Source: a virus (Duplodnaviria > Caudoviricetes). From it: DNA of 64,000 nt. The notes beneath the pieces are model-generated. The model made no database searches. It was given only the letters and a program-made list of their open reading frames with translations, and had not been told where the DNA came from. The DNA is taken from the IMG/VR virus record IMGVR_UViG_3300022602_000026. One strand, given 5' to 3'. Below, piece after piece: positions 8,807-20,068 of this stretch; the first letter of the stretch is position 1; each line of letters opens with the position of its first letter. Both the position numbers and the translations under genes were made by a program.

Positions 8807-11503
8807 ATGTCCGGATCAGCAACCAGAATTACCAATAATCAGATCACAGTTGCAACGATTGATTATACACGTATTGCGTCGGGAACCTTAGTAGGATCAC
8901 TATTCAATCCAAATTTAACTTTAAACAGTAACGTCAGCATTTTAGGAAACTTCAGTGTTCAAGGCAACACCGAAACAATTAATGCTACAAATACCTACAT
9001 CAATGACCCGTTGGTTGTTTTTAACAATGGTTATACCGGAAGTTTAGCAGGTTACGACATTGGTATTGTTATTAATAGAAATTTGGCCAGTTTAGGCCCC
9101 TACGGTTCGGTTAACACATTTTTGGGATGGGTCGAAAGCGATCAAGCATTCGAAGCACTGGCAACAACCAATACTGGCGGTAACGTACAAAGTATCAACA
9201 ACAGTGGATTTGCCAACGTTAAAATTGGTAACTTAACCAGTGTATCTGCAAACATTACTGGAACTGTATTAATTTCGGGCAATACCGCAGTTAACAATAC
9301 ACTGTATGCTCAGGGCGTATACGACAACGGAGTTCGTGTAGCAAGTACCAGTGGCGGTGCAGGTAATTTAAGCATTGTCGGCGGGAACATTACACTACCA
9401 CTTAGTGGTCCAGGTAATTTAGCAGTTACAGGTAGTGCAACACAGATTCCAGTAATTACAACAGATGCATATGGACGTATTTTGACAATGTCAAATACTG
9501 CTGTATCAACCACTGTTACCTTGGCCGGTACCAGCGGATCTGGCAGTTTTGCTGGTGGCGGAACACTAACATTTGCAAGCACAAACGGTGTAACGATCGC
9601 AGTTGGTACAAACTATGCAAACATCAGTACTCCGCAAGACCTAAGAGTAACAGCAACTCCAACATTTAACGGTTTATATTCCAACGTTGGCGCAAGTAGT
9701 TTGTCAATATCGGGCAACACTATAATCAGTAACACCGGCATTATCAGCTTGGGCAGTATTGCCAATTTACAAGTAACCGGTGGTGCAACAGGATATGCAG
9801 TGACCACAAACGGCACAGGAACATTGAGTTTTAGTGCTGCCAATGTGATTGTGCTTGGTGCAAATGCTTCGGGACAACTAGTAAGTAATGCAGTGACATT
9901 AACAAGCACCACAGACGTAACCGATGCAATAGCACAGTTGAACGCAATTTTAGGCAAATTGACTCCAAGTAGTCCGCCAAACTTCCCAGCTACCACATTG
10001 ACTCAATCCACTGCTACCACTACTGGATTAATGGCCAGCTTTACGCAGACCGACAACTCGGGATGGGGCAACCTAAGCGTTAGTGGTGGAACCTCAACCA
10101 ATGCTGTAAGGGTTGCAACTTTTGCTACCAGCACAGTGACCAATTCGGGCACTACTCCTAGTGGTGGTAACATTCAGTTATACATCAATGGTGTTGTACC
10201 GCCAAGCAATTTCCATGCCTTAACATCAACTCCAACCAGTGCAGACAACGGCACATACGGTAACTTGGTGGTATCAGGTGTACAAGATTATCACAACATT
10301 GTAAGCACTGTGGCAGCTGGATTCTGGAACGTGTTTTCAGCATCGGTTGCAGCAACCAGCATCCCGGCAGGATGGAATCGAGCCAATATATTCTACACTG
10401 GCGATGCAGCAGCAACACCTACCTTGACTTGGTATTATGATTCAAGCGCACCAACTGCACCGGCATTTAGTGCAACCAGTATTGCATTGAGCAGTAACGT
10501 GGTATCTTATTCAAGTACTATTCCGCATTTAAACTCCAGTGCTGGCTTTACAATAAATGGCACAGTACAAAACTTGAGTGGCGATATGTATTACTCGGCT
10601 TGGACTAGTACTGGTGCCAACTTCTTCTCAAGCCTTGGTGCAGGCGGAGCATTACTAGCACCAGCCAATAGAACACTGGCACAAGTGGGTGTACCTGTAC
10701 CACTAACACGTAACAACACCAGTGCATACTCGTTCTCAACTACCAGTAACGTAACAACCGGCTTTGGTAGTGCTGTAGCAACTGCCGGACCATCAGTGAG
10801 CGTTTCAACTCCGTATGCAACTACTAGCAGTGGAACATTCCAACCGGGCAACATTATTTTGTACAAAACAAATACAACCAATCAAATTGAAGAAACCAGT
10901 TTGACAAGTAGTTACGGAACTGCTGCTCGTATTACCAATCCAGACGGCGGTACTGCTGCAGATACTCCCGCATACACAGGAACTGAGACAACATTTAATA
11001 GTCAAACCAGCGCATTGTTGGCAACAGATGCAACAGTTGTTGCTGCAAAATTACAATACGATGTAACCAATTATTCAACTGGATACTATCCTGTAGGACC
11101 CAATTTAAGTTCTGGTCGTGCATCGAGTCAGTATTTTACATTCAAGTTTAACTACGCAGCGCTTTCTAGTTTTTACATTCACTATACAGGAACACTTGCA
11201 GGCTTATGGATAGCTTGCCCGGGTGTGACAGATACGCCAGCAAGCCCAACCAACGGATGGTTAAATGCAGCAGCGGCTTATGCAGGATCTGGAGTACCAG
11301 GAACAGGTACAGGCGGTAACGGAAGTAACGGATGTGCTGTTGGCGGAACTGCAACACTAAATTCAAATGGTACTTACAATATCAACGTGACATTTGGATC
11401 AGTAAACACATCAAGTGCAGGTAACAAGAGTAACGAAGTTTACGTTAGAGTTAAATTGACAAGCGGTCAGTCACTAACTGTATTAACAGTACAATCATCA
11501 TAA
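8807..11503 (+). CDS. Large tail fibre or baseplate appendage protein
   Basis: 898 aa T/G/S/N-rich; INDPLV..N..YDIGIVINR segment typical of phage fibres; TAAATA at 8732 and 8770. Confidence 0.65.
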   Translation: MSGSATRITNNQITVATIDYTRIASGTLVGSLFNPNLTLNSNVSILGNFSVQGNTETINATNTYINDPLVVFNNGYTGSLAGYDIGIVINRNLASLGPYGSVNTFLGWVESDQAFEALATTNTGGNVQSINNSGFANVKIGNLTSVSANITGTVLISGNTAVNNTLYAQGVYDNGVRVASTSGGAGNLSIVGGNITLPLSGPGNLAVTGSATQIPVITTDAYGRILTMSNTAVSTTVTLAGTSGSGSFAGGGTLTFASTNGVTIAVGTNYANISTPQDLRVTATPTFNGLYSNVGASSLSISGNTIISNTGIISLGSIANLQVTGGATGYAVTTNGTGTLSFSAANVIVLGANASGQLVSNAVTLTSTTDVTDAIAQLNAILGKLTPSSPPNFPATTLTQSTATTTGLMASFTQTDNSGWGNLSVSGGTSTNAVRVATFATSTVTNSGTTPSGGNIQLYINGVVPPSNFHALTSTPTSADNGTYGNLVVSGVQDYHNIVSTVAAGFWNVFSASVAATSIPAGWNRANIFYTGDAAATPTLTWYYDSSAPTAPAFSATSIALSSNVVSYSSTIPHLNSSAGFTINGTVQNLSGDMYYSAWTSTGANFFSSLGAGGALLAPANRTLAQVGVPVPLTRNNTSAYSFSTTSNVTTGFGSAVATAGPSVSVSTPYATTSSGTFQPGNIILYKTNTTNQIEETSLTSSYGTAARITNPDGGTAADTPAYTGTETTFNSQTSALLATDATVVAAKLQYDVTNYSTGYYPVGPNLSSGRASSQYFTFKFNYAALSSFYIHYTGTLAGLWIACPGVTDTPASPTNGWLNAAAAYAGSGVPGTGTGGNGSNGCAVGGTATLNSNGTYNINVTFGSVNTSSAGNKSNEVYVRVKLTSGQSLTVLTVQSS

Positions 11504-11518
11504 TAAGAGAACTAAAAA

Positions 11519-14500
11519 ATGGCCATAACACAAACACAAATTGTTGACTACTTAAATAAAAAGGTTGGATACGGAGTAGCCAAGACCGACACGTCTACTG
11601 CAAAATATCCATTTAACGAGAGTATTGCTAGTCCGTTATTGGTACCTGGGGCAACAATTTTACAACAAGATTTCGCAATTCCCAACGTATCAAGTGCGCC
11701 TAGTGCAAATACAGTATTAAATGGTAGCACTATTGTTTCTGTTTACAACACATCAACAAGTGCAGTGGTACAAGGAACTTCGCTAAGTGAGTCAGTGACA
11801 AACGAAACTTGGAGTACTGGTATAACAAACTGGATACCGCCAAGTTTTGGATCAGGATACCAACTTAAAATTTATGCAGGCCCCCCAGGCGCAAGTGTGT
11901 CGACTGCAGCAACTTATACAAATTTGCCTGTTGCAGGTAGCGGTAACAGTGACTCTTGGTTCTTTGATTACCAATCAGGTATACTTAACTTTGCTGATAC
12001 AAACGTTCCTACAGCGGCTGCAAACGTTTCCAACGTTGTTTACTTTATGGGTGCAGTTTATACTGGTACTCTTGGTATTACTAACTATGCCAATTTGAGC
12101 GTAACTGGTAATCTAACAAGTATAAACGGTAATATAGTACTGACTAACGGCAATATAACCGCAGCGAATCACATCGGAACCGGCAATGTAACTGCTGCAA
12201 ACTTGGTAGCAACATCGGGAATTTACGGTACATTTTATGGTACTGTGTACGGACAATCAGGTTCGTCATCAGTGGGTAACGTTTCGTACTTTGTTAACGA
12301 AGCAACTACAACTACCAATGCCACATACTATCCATTGATTGGTAACACTGGCGGAGTAACCAGCGGTAATACCGGAGTATTTACAAACAGTTCTTTGGGC
12401 TACAATCCCAGTACCGGAACCTTGTTTACAAACACACTAAATGCTGCCACAATTGGTAACACCGGTGCTGCTATTAGCGGCGCAACATTAAATCTAACAA
12501 GTACTGCATCAATTGGCGGTACTGCTACAGTAAATGCACTGACCAGTAATGGTGCAGTGTCGGGAACAACCGGCACATTTAACACACTAAATGCTGCCAC
12601 AATTGGTAACACCGGTGCTACATTGACAGGTACTTTGAGCACTGCTGCTCAAACAAATATTACTAGTGTTGGTACACTAACTGGCTTGACAGTGGCCGGT
12701 ACCGAAGCAGTAACTACACTTAATGCTACAACTGTAAATGCTGCCACAATTGGTAACGCCAGTGCTGTATTAACCGGAGCAACAGGTACATTTAGTTCTT
12801 GGGCCAACGTAACTGGCGCAACACAATCAACAAGTGCCTCAACCGGCGCTTTAATAGTTGCAGGTGGTGCAGGTATTGGGGCAAACTTGTTTGTTGGCGG
12901 TAACGCAACCATTGCCGGTAACTTGCAAGTCAATGGAACATTAACATATCTAAACACAACAACTACACAAATTTCAGGTACAGAAATTGTTGCTGGTGTA
13001 ATCCAAGCCAATTCAGGAACTGCAAGTACAAGTACCACAACAGGTGCATTACAAGTATTGGGCGGCGCAGGTATCACTGGTGCAGTTTATGCCGGCAGTA
13101 TTCAAAACACGCCAATTGGCAGTACAACTGCAAGCAGTGGTTCGTTTACTACATTGGGCACAAGCGGCCTAGTATCTTTAAACAATACAACACCAAATAC
13201 CGGTAGCGGTACTGGAGCACTACAAGTTTCTGGTGGCGCATACATTGCCGGTAACTTGTTTGTTGGCGGTAATATTAATTTATCACAAGCAAACGTTTCT
13301 GTGTTTACTGGTAATAGCGGACAATTCTTTGGTAATGCAGCAGGTTATGGTGCATTGTATGCTGGTATTCCAATTGGATATGTTGCAGACCCCTATACAG
13401 TAACTCAAATAACTGCTAATTTTAACAATTATGCAGGTGTTGTTACCGGACAAAATTTAAATAGCGGGCCACTTGCATCGGCTGATATATTCTTAACTCC
13501 AAACAACGGTACTTTCAACGACACATATCTTGATATGGGTATTGCAAGTAGCACATATAACTATCCAGGTTATAGCTTGATTGGCGCAAATGATGCTTAT
13601 TTGTTTAACTGGGGTAATGCTACAACCGGCGGCGGTAACCTAATAGTAGGCACCGGCACTGCAAACGATATTATATTTGCAGTTCAAGGTATCAACACCA
13701 ACAACGAGGTAATGCGTATTACTCGTGCCAACGTTGTTGCAATCAAATCAACAGTATCAGCATCAAGCACATCAACTGGTGCGCTGACAGTGGCTGGCGG
13801 TGTTGGTGTTACTGGGGCAATTTACGCAGGCAGTATTCAAAATACTCCAATTGGTAGTACAACTGCATCAACCGGTGTGTTTACTACAGTAACAACGCCA
13901 ACAGTCAACGCCACAAACATCAACAGTGCCACAATTGGTAACACGGGTGCTACAATTACTGGTGCTATTGTAACTGCAACAACTTCGGTAACAACCGCAA
14001 CAGTGAGCGCAACCAGCGTATATGCATCAACAATTGGTAATAGTGCAGCTGCACTAACAGGTGCAACATTAAACGCAAGTACCAGTGTTACAACTGCTAC
14101 AGTTAATGCTACCACAGTCAATGCTACAAACGTAAACGGTGCTACAATTGGTAATACCGGCGCAGTATTAACTGGTGCTACTGTAACTGCAACAACATCG
14201 GTTACAACACCAACTGTGACTGCCACCACACTAAATGCAGCCACAATTGGTAATACTGGTGCTGCATTAACTGGCTCGACTCTAACTGCAAGTACCAGCG
14301 TTACAACTGCTACGGTTAACGCCACTAACGTTAATAGTGCCACAATTGGTAACATTGGCGCAAGCATTGTTGGTAACGGTGGATTCTTAAGCAATTTGAT
14401 TGCTGCCAACGTCGTTGGAACAGTAACAACTGCCAACGTTGCCTACTATAACAACGTGGCAACGGCAAGCTCTAATGCAACTTACTACGTGGATTTTGCA

Positions 14501-16699
14501 CCTGCCACAAGCGGTAACGTGGCAACATATACTAATAGTGCACTGAACTACAATCCAAGTACAGGTAATTTGGCATCAACATATTTTGTTGGATCAGGAC
14601 AGTACTTGACCAACCTCAACGTGGGCGCAATTGGACAAGTTCCACAGGCCAACGTGGCATCGTTCTTGAACGAAAGCCCAACTACTTCAGGTAGCACATT
14701 CTATCCGTTTATTGGTAACACTAATGCCACAAACGGTAACAGTGGTATCTTTACTGCTACAAGTCTTAACTATGTTCCTTCAACTGGTACATTGAGTGCA
14801 ACCACATTCAGTGGTGCAGGTACAGGACTAACAGGCACTGCTGCTAGTTTGAGCATTGGCGGGTCGTCTAATTCGGCAACATACGCGACCCAAGCAAGTT
14901 CAGTGGCCATCAATGCAGCAACCACATCAAGCGTATATTATCCTGTATTTGTACCAGCCAACACATCTACTGTTCAATACGAGTATGTAGACGGCAACAA
15001 TTATCTACAATACAATCCTGGTACTGGCAACTTGTCAACCAAGACTGCATACGTCGGAGCCGCTGGCGGAACTACAAGTACCAGTAACGTAACTGGAGCA
15101 CTAGTAGTAAACGGTGGATTAGGTGTAAGCGGTAATATCAATGTTGGATCAGTAACAGCACAACATAATATTATGGGTAACTTGTTAGTGGGCAATGGTA
15201 CAGTTTCTGCATCGGCAGTGACCACACTAGAAGTTAACCAAAATTCAGTTGCACCGTTAAATTCAACTTCGGTAGTACACATCAGTGCCAACAGTGGCAC
15301 AGTTGGTAAAGTCAGTTTAGATTCGTTTGGTAATGCATCGGTCTTTATTGCTAGACGAGCCGACGGAACATCAGCAAGTCCAACAGCTGCACAGTCAGGC
15401 GATATTCTAGGCGGATTCCTCATGCGAGGTTATGGATCCACTGGATTCAATTTACAACCTGCACCTCAAAGTACTGGTATGGTAGCAAGTGCATCTCAAC
15501 TGTTTACAGACACTGCACAAGGTACCGTATTAAACCTAATCACAGTTCCTACCAATAGTAATCTTGGTGTTAGTGCATTAACAATCAGCAGTGGTAGTGC
15601 TGCTGGGTATGCAGGTACAGTGGCAGTAACATCAAATACACAACCAACAAGCTCATCAACTGGCGCATTTACTGTAGTTGGCGGTGCTGGCATCCAGGGT
15701 AATTTGAATATTGGAAATGCAGCAATATTCAACAGCAGTCAAGGAACTGGTAACGACTTTATTGTACGTGGCAAAAACGATGCTACATTGATTTGGGCAC
15801 GTCCAAATACCAGCTACGATACAGTTATTATTGGTAACAGTGCAACTGCAAGTAACTATGTTGGTGGTGCTAAACTAAACATCAACACCACAGATTCAAT
15901 ATTGTTGCCGGTTGGTACTACTGCACAACGTCCGGGCAGTGCTGGATTTAGTGATGTAACTGGTATGTTGCGTTATAGCACAACACAAGGCGCAATTGAG
16001 TGGTACAACGGTACTAGTTGGGCAAGTGCAACTACCAGTTTCACAGTTGTTGCTGATGCTCAGTTTACTGGTACAGGAAGCCAAACAATATTTACATTAC
16101 CAAGTAGTCAAACTACCAACAGTTGTCTTGTAAGTATTAACGGTGTTATGCAAATACCAACCACATCTTACTCGGTCAGCGGAACAACTTTAACATTCAC
16201 AGAAGCTCCTTTGAACACTGACGTTATTGATGTACGCATGATAACAACAACTGCAACAGTTAACCAGTTATATGATACAAGTGGTTATAACACAGTCAAT
16301 ACTATTACTGGTGTGGGTATTACATTTACAACTGGTACGGCAGCGGCCACTACTCAGTACACAATTAACACTTCAGGTGCAATTGCAAGTACAGTGGCAA
16401 ACGTTACAATCTCAACTGCAAGTACACCAACTACAGTTGATAGTTTCTTTGCCAATACTTATAGTACCGCAAAGTACATTTTAACCAGTACATTTGCCGG
16501 AGTAAAAGAAGCAACAGAAGTGTTAGTGGTTACTAACGGTTCAGTAGCAAACGTTGTAACATATGGTACAATTAATACTGCCGGAAATGCTTTAACAAGT
16601 TGGAGCGCAACAATGTCAGGCAATATTGTTCAACTACAGGGTACAACAACAAATAATGGTACTGTAATTAGAATGACTAAACAGTATAACGCAAACTAA
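11519..16699 (+). CDS. Long tail fibre protein
   Basis: 1726 aa; recurrent NAATIGNTGA and TGAL.V.GGAGI repeats; GMLRYS; C-terminal VDSF..TYSTAKY domain. Confidence 0.75.
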   Translation: MAITQTQIVDYLNKKVGYGVAKTDTSTAKYPFNESIASPLLVPGATILQQDFAIPNVSSAPSANTVLNGSTIVSVYNTSTSAVVQGTSLSESVTNETWSTGITNWIPPSFGSGYQLKIYAGPPGASVSTAATYTNLPVAGSGNSDSWFFDYQSGILNFADTNVPTAAANVSNVVYFMGAVYTGTLGITNYANLSVTGNLTSINGNIVLTNGNITAANHIGTGNVTAANLVATSGIYGTFYGTVYGQSGSSSVGNVSYFVNEATTTTNATYYPLIGNTGGVTSGNTGVFTNSSLGYNPSTGTLFTNTLNAATIGNTGAAISGATLNLTSTASIGGTATVNALTSNGAVSGTTGTFNTLNAATIGNTGATLTGTLSTAAQTNITSVGTLTGLTVAGTEAVTTLNATTVNAATIGNASAVLTGATGTFSSWANVTGATQSTSASTGALIVAGGAGIGANLFVGGNATIAGNLQVNGTLTYLNTTTTQISGTEIVAGVIQANSGTASTSTTTGALQVLGGAGITGAVYAGSIQNTPIGSTTASSGSFTTLGTSGLVSLNNTTPNTGSGTGALQVSGGAYIAGNLFVGGNINLSQANVSVFTGNSGQFFGNAAGYGALYAGIPIGYVADPYTVTQITANFNNYAGVVTGQNLNSGPLASADIFLTPNNGTFNDTYLDMGIASSTYNYPGYSLIGANDAYLFNWGNATTGGGNLIVGTGTANDIIFAVQGINTNNEVMRITRANVVAIKSTVSASSTSTGALTVAGGVGVTGAIYAGSIQNTPIGSTTASTGVFTTVTTPTVNATNINSATIGNTGATITGAIVTATTSVTTATVSATSVYASTIGNSAAALTGATLNASTSVTTATVNATTVNATNVNGATIGNTGAVLTGATVTATTSVTTPTVTATTLNAATIGNTGAALTGSTLTASTSVTTATVNATNVNSATIGNIGASIVGNGGFLSNLIAANVVGTVTTANVAYYNNVATASSNATYYVDFAPATSGNVATYTNSALNYNPSTGNLASTYFVGSGQYLTNLNVGAIGQVPQANVASFLNESPTTSGSTFYPFIGNTNATNGNSGIFTATSLNYVPSTGTLSATTFSGAGTGLTGTAASLSIGGSSNSATYATQASSVAINAATTSSVYYPVFVPANTSTVQYEYVDGNNYLQYNPGTGNLSTKTAYVGAAGGTTSTSNVTGALVVNGGLGVSGNINVGSVTAQHNIMGNLLVGNGTVSASAVTTLEVNQNSVAPLNSTSVVHISANSGTVGKVSLDSFGNASVFIARRADGTSASPTAAQSGDILGGFLMRGYGSTGFNLQPAPQSTGMVASASQLFTDTAQGTVLNLITVPTNSNLGVSALTISSGSAAGYAGTVAVTSNTQPTSSSTGAFTVVGGAGIQGNLNIGNAAIFNSSQGTGNDFIVRGKNDATLIWARPNTSYDTVIIGNSATASNYVGGAKLNINTTDSILLPVGTTAQRPGSAGFSDVTGMLRYSTTQGAIEWYNGTSWASATTSFTVVADAQFTGTGSQTIFTLPSSQTTNSCLVSINGVMQIPTTSYSVSGTTLTFTEAPLNTDVIDVRMITTTATVNQLYDTSGYNTVNTITGVGITFTTGTAAATTQYTINTSGAIASTVANVTISTASTPTTVDSFFANTYSTAKYILTSTFAGVKEATEVLVVTNGSVANVVTYGTINTAGNALTSWSATMSGNIVQLQGTTTNNGTVIRMTKQYNAN

Positions 16700-16706
16700 T
16701 AGTGAT

Positions 16707-16735
16707 AGTTAGGGGAGGATGGGCTTTCCCTAACT
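16707..16735 (+). promoter_or_regulatory. Intergenic hairpin (terminator-like or stabilising)
   Basis: AGTTAGGGGAGG/CTTTCCCTAACT 12-bp stem with G-U pairs, followed by T-rich sequence. Confidence 0.45.
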
Positions 16736-16779
16736 TAGTTTAATTTTTTCGTGGATAGTGAAACGAAAAGGAAGAGAAA

Positions 16780-18756
16780 ATGGCAAATAATAATTTTATA
16801 GTACAAAACGGATTGAGTGTTGGGGGAGCAGCAGGGGCAAATATCAGTGTTGATCCTGTATCGGGAGCAATGTATATTATTCCGGCAGCAACAACCGCAA
16901 TACCAAATCCAACAGCAATGGTGTTTACCAGCAACGGAACAATTACCACAGTCACAACAGTGGCCGGCGTGGCCAACGTGGCCAATATTGCCACAGCTGC
17001 AAACATTGCATCAGCAGGAACAGGCTTAACAACTTTTTCTAATATCACAGTTGGTAACATTTATGTCAATGGATCAACTGGCACAAACGGACAGCTTCTA
17101 AGCTCAAACGGTGCTGGATTGTCTTGGGTTACCTTGAGTGCAAGTAGCATAAGTAATGGCACCAGTAATGTTATAGTAAATTCTGGTAATATCACAATTG
17201 GCGTAAATGGAAATCAAGTTTGGACGGTAAACCCATCTGCCGTAACTATTTCCGGTAACGTAAATATTCCAACACAATTGACTACCACTACATTAGTTGC
17301 AAACGTCGGTACATTAAATGTTGGCGGCAACATCAATTACGGCCCAGACTATGGTTTGGTAGCTTCGTTTGTGTCCAACATTGCCGGCTATAACTATGTT
17401 GCTGTACAGAATTTAAGCGCAACTGGAAATGCTAGTTCTAGTTTTACTGCTTACAACAACACAGGTACCAGCTATATTGATGTGGGTGTTAATAGCAGTG
17501 CTTTTAATGCGGTTGCTAGCGGATTTGTCAACAACGCATTAAACACAGCAAATGCCAGTTATGCTTACGCTTATGGTGGTGATATGGTTGTGGGTACTTG
17601 GAACAACAACGGGATTCACTTTATTACCAATGCTGTGACCACTGCTGGTGACAGCATGTACATTGCCGGTAACGGCAACGTGTACATTTCGGGTAACTTG
17701 ACAGTGAGTGGTAATACTAACTTTACTTACACCACTACCAACTTTGTAACAGAAAGTGCAAACTTGGTTCAAACGGCATATTTGGCCGGTAACGCATCTA
17801 CTAATAGTAGTACAATCACATTAAATAATAACATAGTGCCAAATGGTAACACAACAATTAATTTGGGTTCAGGCACTGCTTATTACGGCACAACTTACAC
17901 AGGCCAATTGACGGCAAATACGGTAACTGCAACTTCGTTGGGCGGGACGCTAACCACTGCAAGTCAACCAAATATTACAACACTCGCTGGTGTTACATCA
18001 ATTGGTGCAAGTAGCAGTACAACATTAACGGGTACTCTGCAAACTGCAAGCCAGCCAAATATTACTACATTAGCTGGTGTTACATCAATTGGTGCAAGTA
18101 GCAGTACAACATTAACAGGTACATTGCAAACCGCAAGTCAACCAAATATTACAACACTCGCTGGTGTTACATCAATTGGTGCAAGTAGCAGTACAACATT
18201 AACGGGTACTCTGCAAACTGCAAGTCAAACCAATATTACAGCAGTTGGTACCCTGGCTGGATTGACTGTGAGCGCAGCAATTGTGCCTAATGCCAATACA
18301 TCAGTTAACTTGGGTAGTACCAGTGTTTGGTGGAACAACATATACGGTGTAACTTTTGTAGGCACATCAACCAGCGCAAAATACGCTGACTTGGCAGAGA
18401 ATTATCAAGCCGACAAGTTCTACAATCCCGGAACAGTATTGATGTTTGGAGGAGCCAACGAAGTCACATTGGCCGACGCAGATACCACTCGAGTTGCTGG
18501 GGTAGTTTCTACCAATCCAGCCCACTTGATGAACGGTGGATTGAACGGTGCATCAGTAGCAGCAGTGGCCCTGATGGGACGTGTTCCTTGTAATGTGGTC
18601 GGGCCAGTTGCCAAAGGCGATTTGATGGTATCGGCCGGATTTGGATTTGCTAAAGTTAATAACAATGCTCAACCCGGGCAAGTAATTGGTAAAGCACTTG
18701 CCGACTTCCCAATCGCAGCAAAAGGTGTTATTGAAGTGGTTGTGGGTAGATTATAA
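16780..18756 (+). CDS. Tail fibre protein with C-terminal intramolecular chaperone (autocleavage-type) domain
   Basis: SAKYADLAENY..GTVLMFGG..GVVSTNPAHLMN..VALMGRVPC..KGDLMVS C-terminus starting at 18373. Confidence 0.8.
   Translation: MANNNFIVQNGLSVGGAAGANISVDPVSGAMYIIPAATTAIPNPTAMVFTSNGTITTVTTVAGVANVANIATAANIASAGTGLTTFSNITVGNIYVNGSTGTNGQLLSSNGAGLSWVTLSASSISNGTSNVIVNSGNITIGVNGNQVWTVNPSAVTISGNVNIPTQLTTTTLVANVGTLNVGGNINYGPDYGLVASFVSNIAGYNYVAVQNLSATGNASSSFTAYNNTGTSYIDVGVNSSAFNAVASGFVNNALNTANASYAYAYGGDMVVGTWNNNGIHFITNAVTTAGDSMYIAGNGNVYISGNLTVSGNTNFTYTTTNFVTESANLVQTAYLAGNASTNSSTITLNNNIVPNGNTTINLGSGTAYYGTTYTGQLTANTVTATSLGGTLTTASQPNITTLAGVTSIGASSSTTLTGTLQTASQPNITTLAGVTSIGASSSTTLTGTLQTASQPNITTLAGVTSIGASSSTTLTGTLQTASQTNITAVGTLAGLTVSAAIVPNANTSVNLGSTSVWWNNIYGVTFVGTSTSAKYADLAENYQADKFYNPGTVLMFGGANEVTLADADTTRVAGVVSTNPAHLMNGGLNGASVAAVALMGRVPCNVVGPVAKGDLMVSAGFGFAKVNNNAQPGQVIGKALADFPIAAKGVIEVVVGRL
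17956..18240 (+). repeat. 87-nt (29-aa) tandem repeat, three full copies plus partial
   Basis: Units start at 17956, 18043, 18130, 18217: TASQPNITTLAGVTSIGASSSTTLTGTLQ. Confidence 0.95.
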
Positions 18757-18772
18757 TACCCAAAACCCCAAG

Positions 18773-18795
18773 AAAAAGGGCCTAGGGCCCTTTTT
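18773..18795 (+). terminator. Intrinsic terminator (symmetric A/T tracts)
   Basis: AAAAAGGGCC-TAG-GGCCCTTTTT. Confidence 0.85.
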
Positions 18796-18832
18796 CATTT
18801 GCAATAAATATACAATAACACGGATGTAATAA

Positions 18833-20068
18833 ATGGCTTTAACTCGCCCACTGATTAACAATTTAAATACCAATATTGAAATATTCAATGATACAATAAC
18901 GGTTTTACATGGCAATGCCAGCATAGCCAACAGTGATATTGGTTTGTTAATGAATCGTGCTGGCGGACTTGTGCCAAATGCAGCATTTTATTGGAACGAA
19001 ACCACACAGGCATTTGTTGCAGCCCTGACCTCAAATACCGGGGTGGGCTATAGCAATATAACTGCTACGAGCTATGCCAATATTACTACAGGATCTTTAA
19101 ACGCCAGTAGTGTGACTGCAAGTGGAACAGTTGTGGCCACAGGATTTTATTATCCCAACGGACAAAACGTAAGTGCTGGGTCGGTTAATCTCAGTATCTA
19201 TCTAAATAAAGTTACCGCTACGAATACCGCTTACACATTAGTTGATAGTTTATCAAATGTGGGCAACACCAGTGTGCGTTGGACTGTGTCTAGCAGTGAT
19301 AACATATACTCAAACTTTAAAATGAGTACTATCAATGCAGTAACCAATGGTGCAAACGTTTATTATACCGAATACGGTGTACTGCAAAACAACAATAGTG
19401 CAAACGTTGCTACATTTACCAGTAACGTTTACAATGGATTGATCAGTTTATGGGCGTTGGGCGGAAGCGGTAACGTAACTGTGGCAATTGAACGTGAAAG
19501 TTTGGGCACTGGAATTACCGCAGGATATTTAAGTAGTACAGGGCCACAAGGGGCTCAAGGTAATATAGGCCCAACAGGAACTGTAGCAAACACCACAAGT
19601 TGGATTGTGACTACAAATTTAACAACCGCAACCAGCACAACAACTGGAGCATTACAAGTTTCGGGTGGTGCAGGTATTGGGGCAAACTTGTGGGTCGGCG
19701 GCACTATAAACGGTAATGCCGCGGCCGGATCCGCTTATTCAAATGCAGTAGGTTACATTGGATTACCTCAAAATGCACAGTCCAGTAGCTACACGTTGGC
19801 GTTGACTGACCAAGGCGAACAAATTTATTTAAGTTCTACTGCAAACGTAACTATACCAGCAAACGCCACCGTGGCGTTCCCCGTTGGTACAACAATCAAC
19901 ATTATCACAGGGCCCACTGCCACTGCCAACGTATTAATAAATTCTGACACACTATACTTAGGTGGAATTGGTACTACAGGTACTCGAACACTGTCAACTT
20001 ATGCAATGGCCACATTGGTCAAGGTTGGTACTACTTCTTGGTACATTGGCGGAACTGGAGTTAGTTAA
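18833..20068 (+). CDS. Tail fibre-like protein
   Basis: TAAATA 18805-18810; DIGLLMNR, TGALQVSGGAGIG and YTLALTD..IPANATVAFPVGT segments. Confidence 0.7.
   Translation: MALTRPLINNLNTNIEIFNDTITVLHGNASIANSDIGLLMNRAGGLVPNAAFYWNETTQAFVAALTSNTGVGYSNITATSYANITTGSLNASSVTASGTVVATGFYYPNGQNVSAGSVNLSIYLNKVTATNTAYTLVDSLSNVGNTSVRWTVSSSDNIYSNFKMSTINAVTNGANVYYTEYGVLQNNNSANVATFTSNVYNGLISLWALGGSGNVTVAIERESLGTGITAGYLSSTGPQGAQGNIGPTGTVANTTSWIVTTNLTTATSTTTGALQVSGGAGIGANLWVGGTINGNAAAGSAYSNAVGYIGLPQNAQSSSYTLALTDQGEQIYLSSTANVTIPANATVAFPVGTTINIITGPTATANVLINSDTLYLGGIGTTGTRTLSTYAMATLVKVGTTSWYIGGTGVS

Noticed and set aside
7516-18240. Two different fibre genes both having 29-aa repeats
   Set aside because: The repeat sequences are unrelated (helical coiled coil versus beta-type); equal length is probably coincidental
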